This document shows positions 1-11,772 of a stretch of 32,000 nt of DNA, piece by piece; the first letter of the stretch is position 1, and every line of letters starts with the position of its first letter. The DNA lies in assembly GCF_009689005.1 (NCBI RefSeq), contig NZ_AP021879.1:4548652-4580651 (forward strand), read 5' to 3'. The notes beneath the pieces are model-generated. The model saw only the letters and a list, made by a program, of their open reading frames with translations, searched no databases and was not told the DNA's origin. This DNA is from Desulfosarcina ovata subsp. ovata (lineage in GTDB: Bacteria > Desulfobacterota > Desulfobacteria > Desulfobacterales > Desulfosarcinaceae). The translations under genes were made by a program, and so were the position numbers.

Positions 1-1100
1 TTGAAGCAGCCGCCCATGCCGCAGCACCGGTCCGGCTCGGCCATTTCTTTCAGCCGGTAACCGGGGGCCGCGTTGATTACGGCGCGGGGCTCCTTGAACA
101 CATTCAGGCCTTTTTTCAGGTGGCACGGGTCGTGGTAGGTAACCATGCGCGGTGCTGCCGATGATTCTGGCAGGGCAGGCAATCCGGATTCGCGCACCAG
201 GAACTGGCTGATGTCCATGGTCCGGTCGGCCAGCTGTGAGGCCTCTTGCCGATAGCGCCGGCCGGCCATTTGCGGCCACACTTTGTGAATGGTGCTGGTG
301 CAGGTGGCGCAGGCGGTCACCAGCACATCGAACGCGCCCGTTGAAAAGCGCTGCAGATTGTGGGCCAGCAGTTTTTCAAATGTTTGCATGTCCCCGCTGG
401 AGAGCGCCGGAATACCACAGCACCCTTGGTTTTCCGGCAGATAGATCCCCACTCCCAGATGCTCCAGAACGCGGACCACACTGCGGGCCACATGGGGAAA
501 GATTTTATCGATCAGGCAACCGGTAAAAAGGGCCACTTTCAGCCCTGATTTGCCCGCCGGTCGATCCAGGAAGGGAACCTGGCGATGGAAGGGCTCTGCT
601 GCGAGAAGTTGGAAATGGCGATCCTGAAACCATGGTGACATGGCCCGGACACAGGAGGTGTTCAGGACGTCATTGGCCGGACGGGTGAAAAGGGCCTGAA
701 AACGGGCCGCCCACTCGGCCAATCGGTCGAAAAGGGCCGGGTGGGACAGCATCCCCCGCAGAATCACCCGGTTGGCCGGTGAGAGGCCCATATACCCGCC
801 CAGAACGGCGCGGGCTTTGAGAAAAATTTCCTGGGCGTGGACTCCGCTGGGGCAACTGGCCGTGCACGACCCGCAAAGCAGGCATTTGTCGATCCGCCGA
901 GAGACCCCTTGAGGGTCGTCGAACATCCTTTCCATCAGGCCGCTTAGCAGCGCCAGTTTGCCCCGGGCCACATCAGTCTCCCGACCGGTCTGTTCAAAAA
1001 GCGGGCAGACCGAATGGCACATGCCGCAACGCATGCAGGCATCCAGTTGATCTTCCAGCTCCCGCATGAGGCGGGCAAGTACTTCCATGGAGGCCGTCAT
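1..1100 (-). CDS. (Fe-S)-binding CCG-domain oxidoreductase subunit (GlcF/HdrD/LutA-like); C-terminus lies outside the window
   Basis: Absent from the ORF track because no stop codon falls in the window. Manual minus-strand translation from ATG (1100-1098) gives MTASMEVLARLMRELEDQLDACMRCGMCHSVCP...KCLLCGSCTASCP, i.e. two CxxCxxCxxxCP 4Fe-4S motifs. These are followed by FTGCLID...QGCCGIPA and TYHDPCHL...RCCGMGGCF, which are two CCG cysteine-rich signatures. Confidence 0.8.
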   Translation of the reverse strand, partial: MTASMEVLARLMRELEDQLDACMRCGMCHSVCPLFEQTGRETDVARGKLALLSGLMERMFDDPQGVSRRIDKCLLCGSCTASCPSGVHAQEIFLKARAVLGGYMGLSPANRVILRGMLSHPALFDRLAEWAARFQALFTRPANDVLNTSCVRAMSPWFQDRHFQLLAAEPFHRQVPFLDRPAGKSGLKVALFTGCLIDKIFPHVARSVVRVLEHLGVGIYLPENQGCCGIPALSSGDMQTFEKLLAHNLQRFSTGAFDVLVTACATCTSTIHKVWPQMAGRRYRQEASQLADRTMDISQFLVRESGLPALPESSAAPRMVTYHDPCHLKKGLNVFKEPRAVINAAPGYRLKEMAEPDRCCGMGGCF

Positions 1101-1134
1101 TAAGCCATCGCTATGGGCAAACGCACCAATCAGA

Positions 1135-1539
1135 TCAGTCCCGCTGGCAAAGCTCCACCAGGACGCCATTGGTGGCTTTGGGGTGTAAAAAAGCAATTTT
1201 TGCGCCACCGGCACCGATTCTGGGTTGCTGGTCGATCAAGGCCACGCCCTTTTCCTTCAGTTCCGCCAGTGCGGCCTCGATGTCGGCAACCCGAAAGGCC
1301 ACATGTTGGATTCCCTGGCCGCGTTTTTCGATGTATTTGGCCACCGGTCCGTCCGGTGCGGTCGACTCCAGCAGTTCCACTTCGCTTTGCCCTACCGGAA
1401 AAAATGCCGTGGTGACCTTCTGCTCGGCAACGGTTTCCGTCCCTTCAAAATCGAGCCCCAGAATTCCAGACCAGAAGGATTTGCCGTCTTCGATGCTGTT
1501 CACCGCGATACCCAGATGATCGATTTTTAAGATTTTCAT
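1135..1539 (-). CDS. mce: methylmalonyl-CoA epimerase (VOC/glyoxalase-fold)
   Basis: 134 aa. Starts MKILKIDHLGIAV...GIQHVAFRV.DIEAAL..LKEKGV.LID..PRIGAGGAKIAFLHPKATNGVLVELCQ, typical of the length and signature of bacterial methylmalonyl-CoA epimerases. Confidence 0.85.
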   Translation of the reverse strand: MKILKIDHLGIAVNSIEDGKSFWSGILGLDFEGTETVAEQKVTTAFFPVGQSEVELLESTAPDGPVAKYIEKRGQGIQHVAFRVADIEAALAELKEKGVALIDQQPRIGAGGAKIAFLHPKATNGVLVELCQRD

Positions 1540-1603
1540 GTGTGCATCCTCCTTTTGCTTGAAGCAGTGGAATGAAAATAGGTCATCTGTTTCTGGATGG
1601 GAA

Positions 1604-2785
1604 CTATTTATATTGCTGCATCACTTTCTTGAAACCCGGCAGGGAATTGACAATGGTCTGATCGTCAACGCAGAAAGCGATGCGAAAATGGCCGGGGCCG
1701 GCAAAACCGCTACCGGGAACGACCAGGATCAGTTCTTTCTGCAGGGCGGTGACAAAGGCCACATCATCGGCGATGGGCGTTCGCGGAAACAGATAAAAGG
1801 CTCCGGTCGGTGTGATGAAATCGTAGCCGGCGTCGGCCAGGCCGTCACAGAAAAGGTCCCGTTTGCGCTGATATTCGGCGATGTCCACACTCATTCCCTG
1901 CATGCCGGCCACCACACGCTGCATCAGGGCGGGGGCATTTACAAAACCGAGAATACGGTTGGCCAGCGCCATTCCCGCCATGACCTCTTTTTTATGGGTG
2001 GTTGCCGGATTCAGCGCGGCAAAGCCGATTCGCTCGCCGGGAATGGATATGTCTTTTGAATACGAGGTGGCGATGATGCTCTGATCGTAACTTTGAAAAA
2101 TGGACGGCACGTCAGCGCCATCGAAAACGATTTTCCGATAGGGCTCGTCGGAAATCAGATAAATAATGTGTCCGAATGCCTCGCTCTTCTGGCTGAGCAG
2201 TTGGCCCAACGCATCCAGGCTGGCCTTGTCATAGATTTGGCCGGTGGGATTGTTGGGCGAATTGATCAGCACAATTTTTGTTTTGGCGGTGATGGCATCA
2301 CCCATGGCCTCCAGGTCGAGGGTAAAATCAGGACGGGTATTGACCATTTTAAGGACGCCGCCGTGGTTGTCCGCATAAAATCCATATTCCACAAAACAGG
2401 GCGCCGGGCTCAGCACTTCATCACCGGGATCCAAAAGCGCCTTGAAGATGACATTCAGCGCACCGGCCGCACCGCAGGTCATGATGATCTCATCGCAGGT
2501 AATGGCAAGACCCTGTTCACGGGTCAGATAGTCCGCAATGGAAACACAGACCTGGGGAAAACCGGCCTGGGGCATGTAACAATGGTCGCCAAGCCCGCAG
2601 CTGTCCACCGTATCCCGCAGGATTTCGTTGAATTTTTCCGGTGGCGGCAGGTTTGGGTTCCCCAGACTGAAATCGAACACCTTATCGGCGCCATGCTCGG
2701 CTTTCAGCCGGGCCCCTTCTTCAAACATTTTTCGAATCCAGGACGATTTGGTCATCATCTCGTTTATTTTTTTAGCGATTGTCAT
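1604..2785 (-). CDS. class I/II PLP-dependent aminotransferase (aspartate/alanine aminotransferase-like)
   Basis: 393 aa. Contains FSLGNPNLPPP near the N-terminus, NSPNNPTG, and the SYSKDISIPGERIGF block with the PLP-lysine context. Same strand as mce and tightly spaced with it. Confidence 0.85.
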   Translation of the reverse strand: MTIAKKINEMMTKSSWIRKMFEEGARLKAEHGADKVFDFSLGNPNLPPPEKFNEILRDTVDSCGLGDHCYMPQAGFPQVCVSIADYLTREQGLAITCDEIIMTCGAAGALNVIFKALLDPGDEVLSPAPCFVEYGFYADNHGGVLKMVNTRPDFTLDLEAMGDAITAKTKIVLINSPNNPTGQIYDKASLDALGQLLSQKSEAFGHIIYLISDEPYRKIVFDGADVPSIFQSYDQSIIATSYSKDISIPGERIGFAALNPATTHKKEVMAGMALANRILGFVNAPALMQRVVAGMQGMSVDIAEYQRKRDLFCDGLADAGYDFITPTGAFYLFPRTPIADDVAFVTALQKELILVVPGSGFAGPGHFRIAFCVDDQTIVNSLPGFKKVMQQYK

Positions 2786-3240
2786 CTATGGTTCTCCCGT
2801 CGGACGAATACGTTGTGTAAAAAGAGTGCCGTCAGCTTTGTCAAAAAAAGTAGCTTATGGATATCAAAGGTAAAATTCAAGTCATAAATTAAAGTGGAAA
2901 ACAAAGCGGCGGGGCCGGATGCGACGTCACCCCGAAATTATCGGCACGGGGCAAATACCGCGTATATTGGAAAAATACAATTTTGTAATCGTTCATTAGA
3001 ATAAACGTTTCAATCCAACCTATATCAGCCGCCACGGCCCTTGGCCGTACCCGAATTGGAAGTACCCCCGACGACTCGGCAACCTTTTGCGACCGCTTCA
3101 TAAAAGCACCTTGCCAAGGCCCGTCCACATTCCGCGATCCCTTTTTCGCACCCACAATTTCTAACGGGCACCCGCCCGTCTGTGGACACCCGGCAAAGCG
3201 CTATGGCTTTAAAATGACATATTTGTATTAAATCAAATAA

Positions 3241-3279
3241 AAAACACAAAAAAAGTAATTTTGTCAGTTATAAAATTAC
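3241..3279 (+). promoter_or_regulatory. candidate upstream activator site: AAAACACAAA followed by the palindrome GTAATTTT-N9-AAAATTAC
   Basis: Lies about 127 bp upstream of the -24 GG of the glnB sigma-54 promoter. The blocks AAAACACAAA, GTAATTT and ATAAAATT(T)ACA recur in the same order at 5437-5475, upstream of the glnD sigma-54 promoter. Confidence 0.35.
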
Positions 3280-3358
3280 ATTGTTGTGATTATTTCCAGA
3301 GAAGACTTACCTCCGATAATTTTATTATATAATAATTTCTTATTGTTAACAATGCTGA

Positions 3359-3790
<432 letters not shown>

Positions 3791-3861
3791 GCAGTTCCGA
3801 CATAAACAAGACCTTGAATAACCATACAATTTACACCCATCCCATTGACAAGGAGAAAAAA

Positions 3862-5268
3862 ATGAAATTCAAAGCCTTTATCCTGCTGCTGCTGGTAACC
3901 CTGATCAGTGTTCCCGTTGCCATGGCATCCGATCCCGAACCCACTGTACTGAGCAACAAGGAAGCCATCGATCTGGTCCAGACCCATGCCAACTACGTGT
4001 GGACGCTGGTCGCCGCGGCCCTGGTTTTCTTTATGCAGGCCGGCTTTGCCATGGTCGAATGCGGTTTTACGCGTGCGAAAAACTCTGTCAACATCATGAT
4101 GAAAAACCTGATGGACTTTTCCATCGGCTCCATCTCCTTCTGGGCCATTGGTTTCGGCATCATGTTCGGTGCCAGTGCTACCGGCTGGTTTGGCACCACA
4201 GGTTTTTTCCTTAGCGATTTCACCCCTGACGGTGATCCCTGGGTGCTGGCCTTCTGGATGTTTCAGGTCGTCTTCGCCGCCACTGCCGCCACCATCGTCT
4301 CCGGTGCCATGGCGGAAAGAACCAAGTTTACCGGTTACATCATCTACAGCATTTTTATCTCCGGCCTGATTTACCCGGTGTTCGGTTCCTGGGCCTGGGG
4401 CAGCCTGTTCAACGGCAGCGGCTGGCTGGAAGGCTTCGGCTTCATCGACTTTGCCGGCTCCACCGTGGTTCACTCGGTCGGTGGCTGGGCCGGTTTGGCC
4501 GGCGCCATCGTTCTGGGTCCCCGTCTGGGCAAGTACACCAAAGACGGTAAAATCAAACCGATCCTGGGTCACAACATTCCATTGGCCGCCGTTGGTGTGT
4601 TCGTCCTCTGGCTGGGTTGGTTCGGGTTCAACCCCGGCTCCACCACCACCGCCGACACCAGCATCGCCATGATCTTCGTCAATACCAACCTGGCTGCCGC
4701 CGCCGGTGCGATTCTGGCCATGGTCGTTTCCTGGATGAAATTCGGTAAGCCCGAAGTGGGCATGAGCCTTAACGGCGCCCTGGCCGGACTGGTAGCCATT
4801 ACCGCCGGCTGTGCCAATGTTTCCCCCAGCAGTTCCATTATTATCGGTGCAATTGCCGGAGTTATCGTGGTCTTCTCAGTTATGTTTTTTGACAAAATCA
4901 AAATCGACGACCCGGTCGGCGCCGTCTCTGTTCACGGTGTCAACGGTGCCTGGGGCACCCTGGCCGCCGGCATCTTCAACATCGGTGGAACCTCCGCCGG
5001 TATCATCGGGGTCCAGCTGCTGGGCATCGCCGCCTGTTTTCTGTGGACTTTTCCGATGGCCTTCATCATGTTCAAAATTATCGACAAAACCATTGGTCTG
5101 CGCGTCTCTCCGGAAGAAGAGATCGAAGGTTTGGATTACTCCGAGCATGGGGGTGTCGGCTACCCGGATTTCGGTGTCTCCACTGGCGGCACCTCCGCCA
5201 CCGCCGGAATGTCCTCTTCCGCCATGGCGGGCTATGCCGCTGCGGGCAAACCGGCTCCCCAGGCATAA
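3862..5268 (+). CDS. amt: ammonium transporter (Amt family) with cleavable signal peptide
   Basis: Start moved from the track start 3814 to the ATG at 3862, which follows AAGGAGA. The protein begins MKFKAFILLLLVTLISVPVAMA, then shows Amt blocks (FMQAGFAMVE, AATAATIVSGAMAER, DFAGSTVVH, LWLGWFGFNPGS, VHGVNGAWG). It has a Ser/Ala/Gly-rich C-terminal tail. Confidence 0.93.
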   Translation: MKFKAFILLLLVTLISVPVAMASDPEPTVLSNKEAIDLVQTHANYVWTLVAAALVFFMQAGFAMVECGFTRAKNSVNIMMKNLMDFSIGSISFWAIGFGIMFGASATGWFGTTGFFLSDFTPDGDPWVLAFWMFQVVFAATAATIVSGAMAERTKFTGYIIYSIFISGLIYPVFGSWAWGSLFNGSGWLEGFGFIDFAGSTVVHSVGGWAGLAGAIVLGPRLGKYTKDGKIKPILGHNIPLAAVGVFVLWLGWFGFNPGSTTTADTSIAMIFVNTNLAAAAGAILAMVVSWMKFGKPEVGMSLNGALAGLVAITAGCANVSPSSSIIIGAIAGVIVVFSVMFFDKIKIDDPVGAVSVHGVNGAWGTLAAGIFNIGGTSAGIIGVQLLGIAACFLWTFPMAFIMFKIIDKTIGLRVSPEEEIEGLDYSEHGGVGYPDFGVSTGGTSATAGMSSSAMAGYAAAGKPAPQA

Positions 5269-5330
5269 ATTGCTGGCCGGCAAATCGATTGTGTTGATCT
5301 GACTGGCCAATCGGTTGCCTTCCTCCTCCC

Positions 5331-5371
5331 CAATACACCCTGAAGTGGCAGCGCTGCTTCGGGGTGTATTG
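5331..5371 (+). terminator. hairpin downstream of amt (probable operon end)
   Basis: CAATACACCCTGAAG-loop-CTTCGGGGTGTATTG forms a roughly 14-bp stem with one G-U pair. The T-tract after it is weak. Confidence 0.45.
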
Positions 5372-5436
5372 TTAGGCGATTTCTGTCAAAAAATATCCCA
5401 TTTTTACCTTTTTATTACGTTTCAAATCGCCATTCC

Positions 5437-5475
5437 AAAACACAAATGCCAAATTTGTAATTTATAAAATTTACA
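5437..5475 (+). promoter_or_regulatory. candidate upstream activator site (second copy of the AAAACACAAA / GTAATTT / ATAAAATTTACA element)
   Basis: Lies about 134 bp upstream of the -24 GG of the glnD sigma-54 promoter. Block order is the same as at 3241-3279. Confidence 0.35.
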
Positions 5476-5569
5476 AGTTACGTTATTGTAGTTGACCGCC
5501 AAATAAAGAAACGCTTCAGGGAAATTGCAATATCTTGTATTCTTTGTATTTTATTTCATTTGTGGCAAG

Positions 5570-5585
5570 TGGCATGTGTGTTGCT
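5570..5585 (+). promoter_or_regulatory. sigma-54 (-24/-12) promoter for glnD-amt-glnK
   Basis: TGGCATgtgtgTTGCT has GG and GC at canonical spacing. It sits about 40 bp upstream of the GTG start of glnD. Confidence 0.65.
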
Positions 5586-5623
5586 AACTTTAATGGTGCC
5601 AAGCATTTAACAAGGACAATGAC

Positions 5624-8266
5624 GTGACAGACACGCACACTCAAAACCTCTACGCCGATGTTTCACAGGCCCTGAAAGCGGGCCGGGCAACGCTCATCGA
5701 CAACCTGCTGGCCGGCAAAGCACCCACCTTTCTCGATGACCACGCCCGGCTGATCGACGATTACTTTCGCCAAAGCTATGAAAAAAGCGTCGTCGGCCCG
5801 AAAATGGACATCGCCAAAAACCCATATGCCGTCGTGGCCCTGGGGGGGTACGGCAGAGGTGAGCAGTGTGTCTATTCGGATGTTGACCTTCTGTTTCTGT
5901 TCGAAAAGCGGGTCCCCCGGGTTGCCGAAGATCTGGTGCGCGAAATTATTTATCCGCTTTGGGACATGGGCCTGGATGTGGGGCACGCGACCCGGTCGAT
6001 CAAAGAATGCATGGCCATGGCGCGCAAGGATTTCGAGGTGCTCACATCGATCCTGGATGCCCGTTTTATCTGCGGGATGTCCCCCTTGTTCATGAAACTG
6101 ATGGATCAGATTCGCAGCAAGTTCATTAATCTGAAACCCGACTCGATCATTTCCTGGCTGGTGGACACCAACCGTGACCGTCACCGCCGATTTGGCGATT
6201 CTTCCTACCTGTTGGAGCCCAATTTCAAGGAAGGCCAGGGCGGTCTTCGCGACTACCACACCATGTTGTGGATCGCCAAGATCAAGTCCGGCATCAAGCA
6301 GCGCCGGGATCTTGAGTATTACGGCTATTTTTCCCATGACGATTATGCCCGCCTGAATGAGGCGCTCAATTTCATCTGGGACGTGCGCAACCGCTTTCAC
6401 CTGATGATGAATCGAAAATCGGACCAGATTCATTTGGAGCAGCAACGCAAGCTGGCCGAGGCGATGGGCATACCGCCGGTCAACGGGCATCTGCCCGTCG
6501 AATATCTGTTGGGCGAGCTGCACCGGCATATGGAATACGTGAAGCAGCAGCATGAAATGTTCCTCTATGAGATGGAACAGCAGAAGCGGCTGAAAAGAAA
6601 GAACAAAGGCCTGAAAACCACCGAAATCAAGGGTCTCAAATTCAACCGGGGCATGCTCAACTTCACCTCCCCGGAAAAAATTCTCAACAACCCGCGCCTG
6701 CTGATCGACATATTCGTCGAGAGCGCGGCCCAGAAAGCGCCGCTGAACAGTGAGGCCAAACGCCTGGTGGCAGATTTCAGCTACCTGGTCGATGATCGTT
6801 TCCGTTCCGATCCCGACGTCGTCAAGCAATTCGAAAGGATTTTGATCCGTTCCTCACGTGCCTTTGAAGTGCTCAACCAGATGCTCAACACGGGCTTTCT
6901 GGTCCGCTTTATTCCTGAATTCAAGGATGTGGTCAACCGGATTCAGTTTGACCAGTACCATCTTTACCCGGTTGCCCGGCACCTTTTGTATACGATCAGG
7001 ATTCTTCGTAATTTTGATGCCGATGCCTTGGCACCGGCCGATCCGTTGGTAACGGATTTATACAAGGAGTTGAAGAAGAAAAAGCTGTTGCTCTGGGCGG
7101 CACTGCTTCACGATATCGGCAAGGGTGAGCCGATTGCCGGGCATTCCGAACGGGGCGCGGCCATGGCCGAAAAAATCCTTTTGCAAAAGGGCTTCAATCC
7201 TGCCGATGCCAAAACGGTCGCCTTTCTTGTCGAGCACCATCTGCTTTTGGCCCAGAACGCCACACGGCGCGATATCAATGATGAAGAGACCGCCATCTCC
7301 CTGGCCCGCACGATCAAAAAGATCGAGACATTGAAAATGCTCTATTTGCTCACGGTGGCGGACTCCATGGCGACGGGACCCAAAGCTTGGAACGATTGGA
7401 CCTCATCGCTGCTGCGCAACCTCTTTCTAAAAGTGTTTAATATTCTCAAAAATGGCGAACTGGCATCCGGGCGGGCCGTGAGAATCGTCGAGAAAAAACG
7501 CCAGGCCGTAGCGCAGTCCATGACGGAAACGATAGCGGCCGAACAGCTTGATGCACTGCTCAATTTCATGTCGCCCCGATATATGCTATACACCCCTGTC
7601 GAGAACATTCCCCGGCACCTGGCGCTACACACTGAATTGGGTGAACGACCTTTTGTCTGGCACATCGACAAGTCGGCCGACGCCGATACCCGTACGGTTA
7701 CCATATGCGCCAAGGACCGGCCCGGTCTCATTTCGCGGATTGCCGGCGTCTTCACCCTGAACGGGATCGACATTCTCGACGTGCAGGTTTTCACCTGGCG
7801 CAACAATATCGCCCTCGACGTTTTCGAGGTGAACCCACCGCCGGACCCGATTTTTGAAGATGAGCGTTGGGAACGCGCCCGCTGCAATCTCGAGGATGCT
7901 CTGGCCGGTCAGCTGGAACTGAGCAAGGAACTGCTCCGCAAGAAAAACGATACCGCGCCGATCCAGCCTTATACGGCCGAGCGGCCCACGGAAATTGTTG
8001 TTGACAACGAGACCTCCAGCTTTTTTACCATTATTGAAGTTGTTACTTTTGATTTTCCGGGCCTCTTGTTCCGGGTCACCGACGCCCTGTTCAAAAGTGG
8101 CCTGGATATCTGGGTGGCCAAAATCGCCACCAAGGTAGATCAAGTGGTCGATGTGTTTTACGTGAGGGATTTCGACGGCCAGAAGGTGGACGCACCGCAG
8201 CAGGTTGAATCCGTCAAGGCAGCCATCAAGGAGATTCTCCCGGGTGAAGATCCGCAACATGGCTGA
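5624..8266 (+). CDS. glnD: [protein-PII] uridylyltransferase / uridylyl-removing enzyme
   Basis: 880 aa with a GTG start. Shows an N-terminal nucleotidyltransferase block (ALGGYGRGEQCVYSDVDLLFL), an HD domain (LLHDIGKG...HSERGA) and two C-terminal ACT-like repeats (ICAKDRPGLISRIAGVF; VVTFDFPGLLFRVTDALF). Confidence 0.9.
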   Translation: MTDTHTQNLYADVSQALKAGRATLIDNLLAGKAPTFLDDHARLIDDYFRQSYEKSVVGPKMDIAKNPYAVVALGGYGRGEQCVYSDVDLLFLFEKRVPRVAEDLVREIIYPLWDMGLDVGHATRSIKECMAMARKDFEVLTSILDARFICGMSPLFMKLMDQIRSKFINLKPDSIISWLVDTNRDRHRRFGDSSYLLEPNFKEGQGGLRDYHTMLWIAKIKSGIKQRRDLEYYGYFSHDDYARLNEALNFIWDVRNRFHLMMNRKSDQIHLEQQRKLAEAMGIPPVNGHLPVEYLLGELHRHMEYVKQQHEMFLYEMEQQKRLKRKNKGLKTTEIKGLKFNRGMLNFTSPEKILNNPRLLIDIFVESAAQKAPLNSEAKRLVADFSYLVDDRFRSDPDVVKQFERILIRSSRAFEVLNQMLNTGFLVRFIPEFKDVVNRIQFDQYHLYPVARHLLYTIRILRNFDADALAPADPLVTDLYKELKKKKLLLWAALLHDIGKGEPIAGHSERGAAMAEKILLQKGFNPADAKTVAFLVEHHLLLAQNATRRDINDEETAISLARTIKKIETLKMLYLLTVADSMATGPKAWNDWTSSLLRNLFLKVFNILKNGELASGRAVRIVEKKRQAVAQSMTETIAAEQLDALLNFMSPRYMLYTPVENIPRHLALHTELGERPFVWHIDKSADADTRTVTICAKDRPGLISRIAGVFTLNGIDILDVQVFTWRNNIALDVFEVNPPPDPIFEDERWERARCNLEDALAGQLELSKELLRKKNDTAPIQPYTAERPTEIVVDNETSSFFTIIEVVTFDFPGLLFRVTDALFKSGLDIWVAKIATKVDQVVDVFYVRDFDGQKVDAPQQVESVKAAIKEILPGEDPQHG

Positions 8267-8336
8267 GCAGACCCGCATCGAGGAAATTCAGAGGTACAAG
8301 GTTCAACGCCGAAAAAAACAAGAGGAAAACGACAAG

Positions 8337-10027
<1,691 letters not shown>

Positions 10028-10270
10028 GGATTGGGAATTTTATGAATTAAACGAAATTGCTTGTTCTTGAGTCCGTCTTCCGCGTTGCGTCAACGGCCAC
10101 ATACTCCCGGTATGCAACCCTTGATGCACCTTGAAGACGAACACAAGCCCGGCGCAATTACGTTCAATTAATTTCATCCCCGATCCTAACCCGAATCAGT
10201 GTCAATACTCTTGTTTCAAACGGAATAAACTACCAACTTTTTCAACACTTCTTTTTTTTGTGGAGGACAC

Positions 10271-11683
10271 ATGACACCAGCACAAGTTATGGCAATGGCA
10301 AAGGAAAAAGGCGTAAAAATCGTCGATATCCGCTTTATGGATTTTCCCGGAATGTGGCAGCACTTCAGTGTTCCGATCAGCGAACTCAGTGAAAGCAGCT
10401 TCGATGAAGGGTTCGGTTTTGACGGATCCAGTATCCGTGGCTGGCAGCCGATCAACGCTAGTGACATGCTGGTGGTGCCCGATGCCGCTACGGCGAAAAT
10501 CGACCCCTTCTTCAAGGCCCCGACCCTGGCCGTAATCGGCAACATCGTCGACCCCATTACCCTGGAGGCCTATTCCCGCGACCCGCGCAACATCGCCAAC
10601 AAGGCCGAAGCCTACCTGAAAAGCACCGGAATCGGTGACACCGCCTTCTTTGGCCCCGAAGCCGAATTTTTCATCTTTGACGACATCCGTTACGAAAGCA
10701 ACCGCAATGGCTGTTTCTACGCGGTGGATTCCGTGGAAGGCACCTGGAATACCGGACGCTGTGAAGAGCCCAACCTGGGATACAAACCGCGCCACAAGGA
10801 AGGCTACTTCCCCGTACCGCCGTCGGACAAGTTTCAGGACCTGCGCTCCGACATGCTGCTGACCCTGGAAGCCCTGGGCATCGACGTGGAGTGCCAGCAT
10901 CACGAAGTGGCCACTTCCGGTCAGGCCGAGATTGACATGCGCTTCAAACCCTTGGTGCAGATGGCCGACCAGCTCATGTGGTTCAAGTATGTCCTTAAAA
11001 ACGTCGCCTACCAAGCCGGCCATACCGTGACCTTCATGCCCAAACCGCTCTTCGAGGACAACGGTACCGGTATGCACACCCACATCAGCATCTGGAACGG
11101 CGACAAACCCCTGTTCGCCGGTGACAAGTATGCCGGCGTCTCCCAGGAAGCCCTGTGGGCCATCGGCGGCATCCTGAAACATTGCCGGGCCCTGTGCGCT
11201 TTCACCAACCCGACCACCAACTCCTACAAACGCCTGGTGCCGGGTTTCGAGGCACCGGTGAATCTGGCGTACTCCAGCCGGAACCGCAGCGCCGCCATCC
11301 GGATTCCCATGTATTCGGCATCACCCAAGGCCAAACGTATCGAGTTCCGTACGCCTGACCCGTCCTGCAACGGCTACCTGGCCTTCTCCGCCATGCTGAT
11401 GGCCGTCCTCGACGGCATCCAGAACAAACTCGATCCGGGCGATCCGCTGGATAAGAACCTTTACGATCTGCCACCCGAAGAACTGGCCGAAATTCCGTCC
11501 GCGCCGGGCGCTCTGGATGTCTCGCTGGCAGCGCTGGCCGAAGATAACGAATTCCTGCTCAAAGGCGACGTCTTCACCAAGGACGTGATTGATATGTGGA
11601 TTGACTACAAGACCGAAAACGAGGTCAACCCAGTGAAGCTGCGTCCGCATCCGCACGAGTTCCACCTGTACTACGACATCTAA
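10271..11683 (+). CDS. glnA: glutamine synthetase, type I
   Basis: 470 aa. Contains the GS-I blocks [27 protein letters not shown] and [14 protein letters not shown], plus the adenylylation loop [11 protein letters not shown]. Confidence 0.97.
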   Translation: MTPAQVMAMAKEKGVKIVDIRFMDFPGMWQHFSVPISELSESSFDEGFGFDGSSIRGWQPINASDMLVVPDAATAKIDPFFKAPTLAVIGNIVDPITLEAYSRDPRNIANKAEAYLKSTGIGDTAFFGPEAEFFIFDDIRYESNRNGCFYAVDSVEGTWNTGRCEEPNLGYKPRHKEGYFPVPPSDKFQDLRSDMLLTLEALGIDVECQHHEVATSGQAEIDMRFKPLVQMADQLMWFKYVLKNVAYQAGHTVTFMPKPLFEDNGTGMHTHISIWNGDKPLFAGDKYAGVSQEALWAIGGILKHCRALCAFTNPTTNSYKRLVPGFEAPVNLAYSSRNRSAAIRIPMYSASPKAKRIEFRTPDPSCNGYLAFSAMLMAVLDGIQNKLDPGDPLDKNLYDLPPEELAEIPSAPGALDVSLAALAEDNEFLLKGDVFTKDVIDMWIDYKTENEVNPVKLRPHPHEFHLYYDI

Positions 11684-11731
11684 TGATCGAATGCGACCGA
11701 TTCCTCCCGACACGAACCGGTCCTCCCTGAA

Positions 11732-11772
11732 AACGGTAGCTCGCCACATGCGGCGGGCTACCGTTTTGATTT
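11732..11772 (+). terminator. rho-independent terminator of glnA
   Basis: AACGGTAGCTCGCC-acatgc-GGCGGGCTACCGTT forms a 14-bp stem with one mismatch, followed by TTGATTTCATTTC. Confidence 0.6.

Noticed and set aside
121-140. TGGCACgggtcGTGG sigma-54-like hit
   Set aside because: It lies inside the Fe-S oxidoreductase coding region, has no TTGC at -12 and sits on the wrong strand relative to the gene.
2889-3249. 88-aa and 74-aa minus-strand ORFs in the aminotransferase-glnB spacer
   Set aside because: They overlap one another, lack RBSs, have Arg/Gly/Cys-rich translations, and would run through the predicted glnB enhancer region.
3814-3861. N-terminal extension of the amt ORF (a similar extension runs 8205-8336 for amtB)
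   Set aside because: The internal ATGs at 3862 and 8337 are preceded by good RBSs and begin with typical signal peptides. The 8205 extension would overlap glnD by 62 nt and encodes a basic, unstructured-looking peptide.
5663-6829. 388-aa minus-strand ORF
   Set aside because: Antisense shadow of glnD, with no recognisable motifs.
10028-10270. Glutamine riboswitch (glnA RNA motif) upstream of glnA
   Set aside because: The conserved core sequences I recall for that motif are absent. Only a generic long hairpin is present, and it is reported separately.
10202-11182. 326-aa minus-strand ORF
   Set aside because: Antisense shadow of glnA, with no recognisable motifs.
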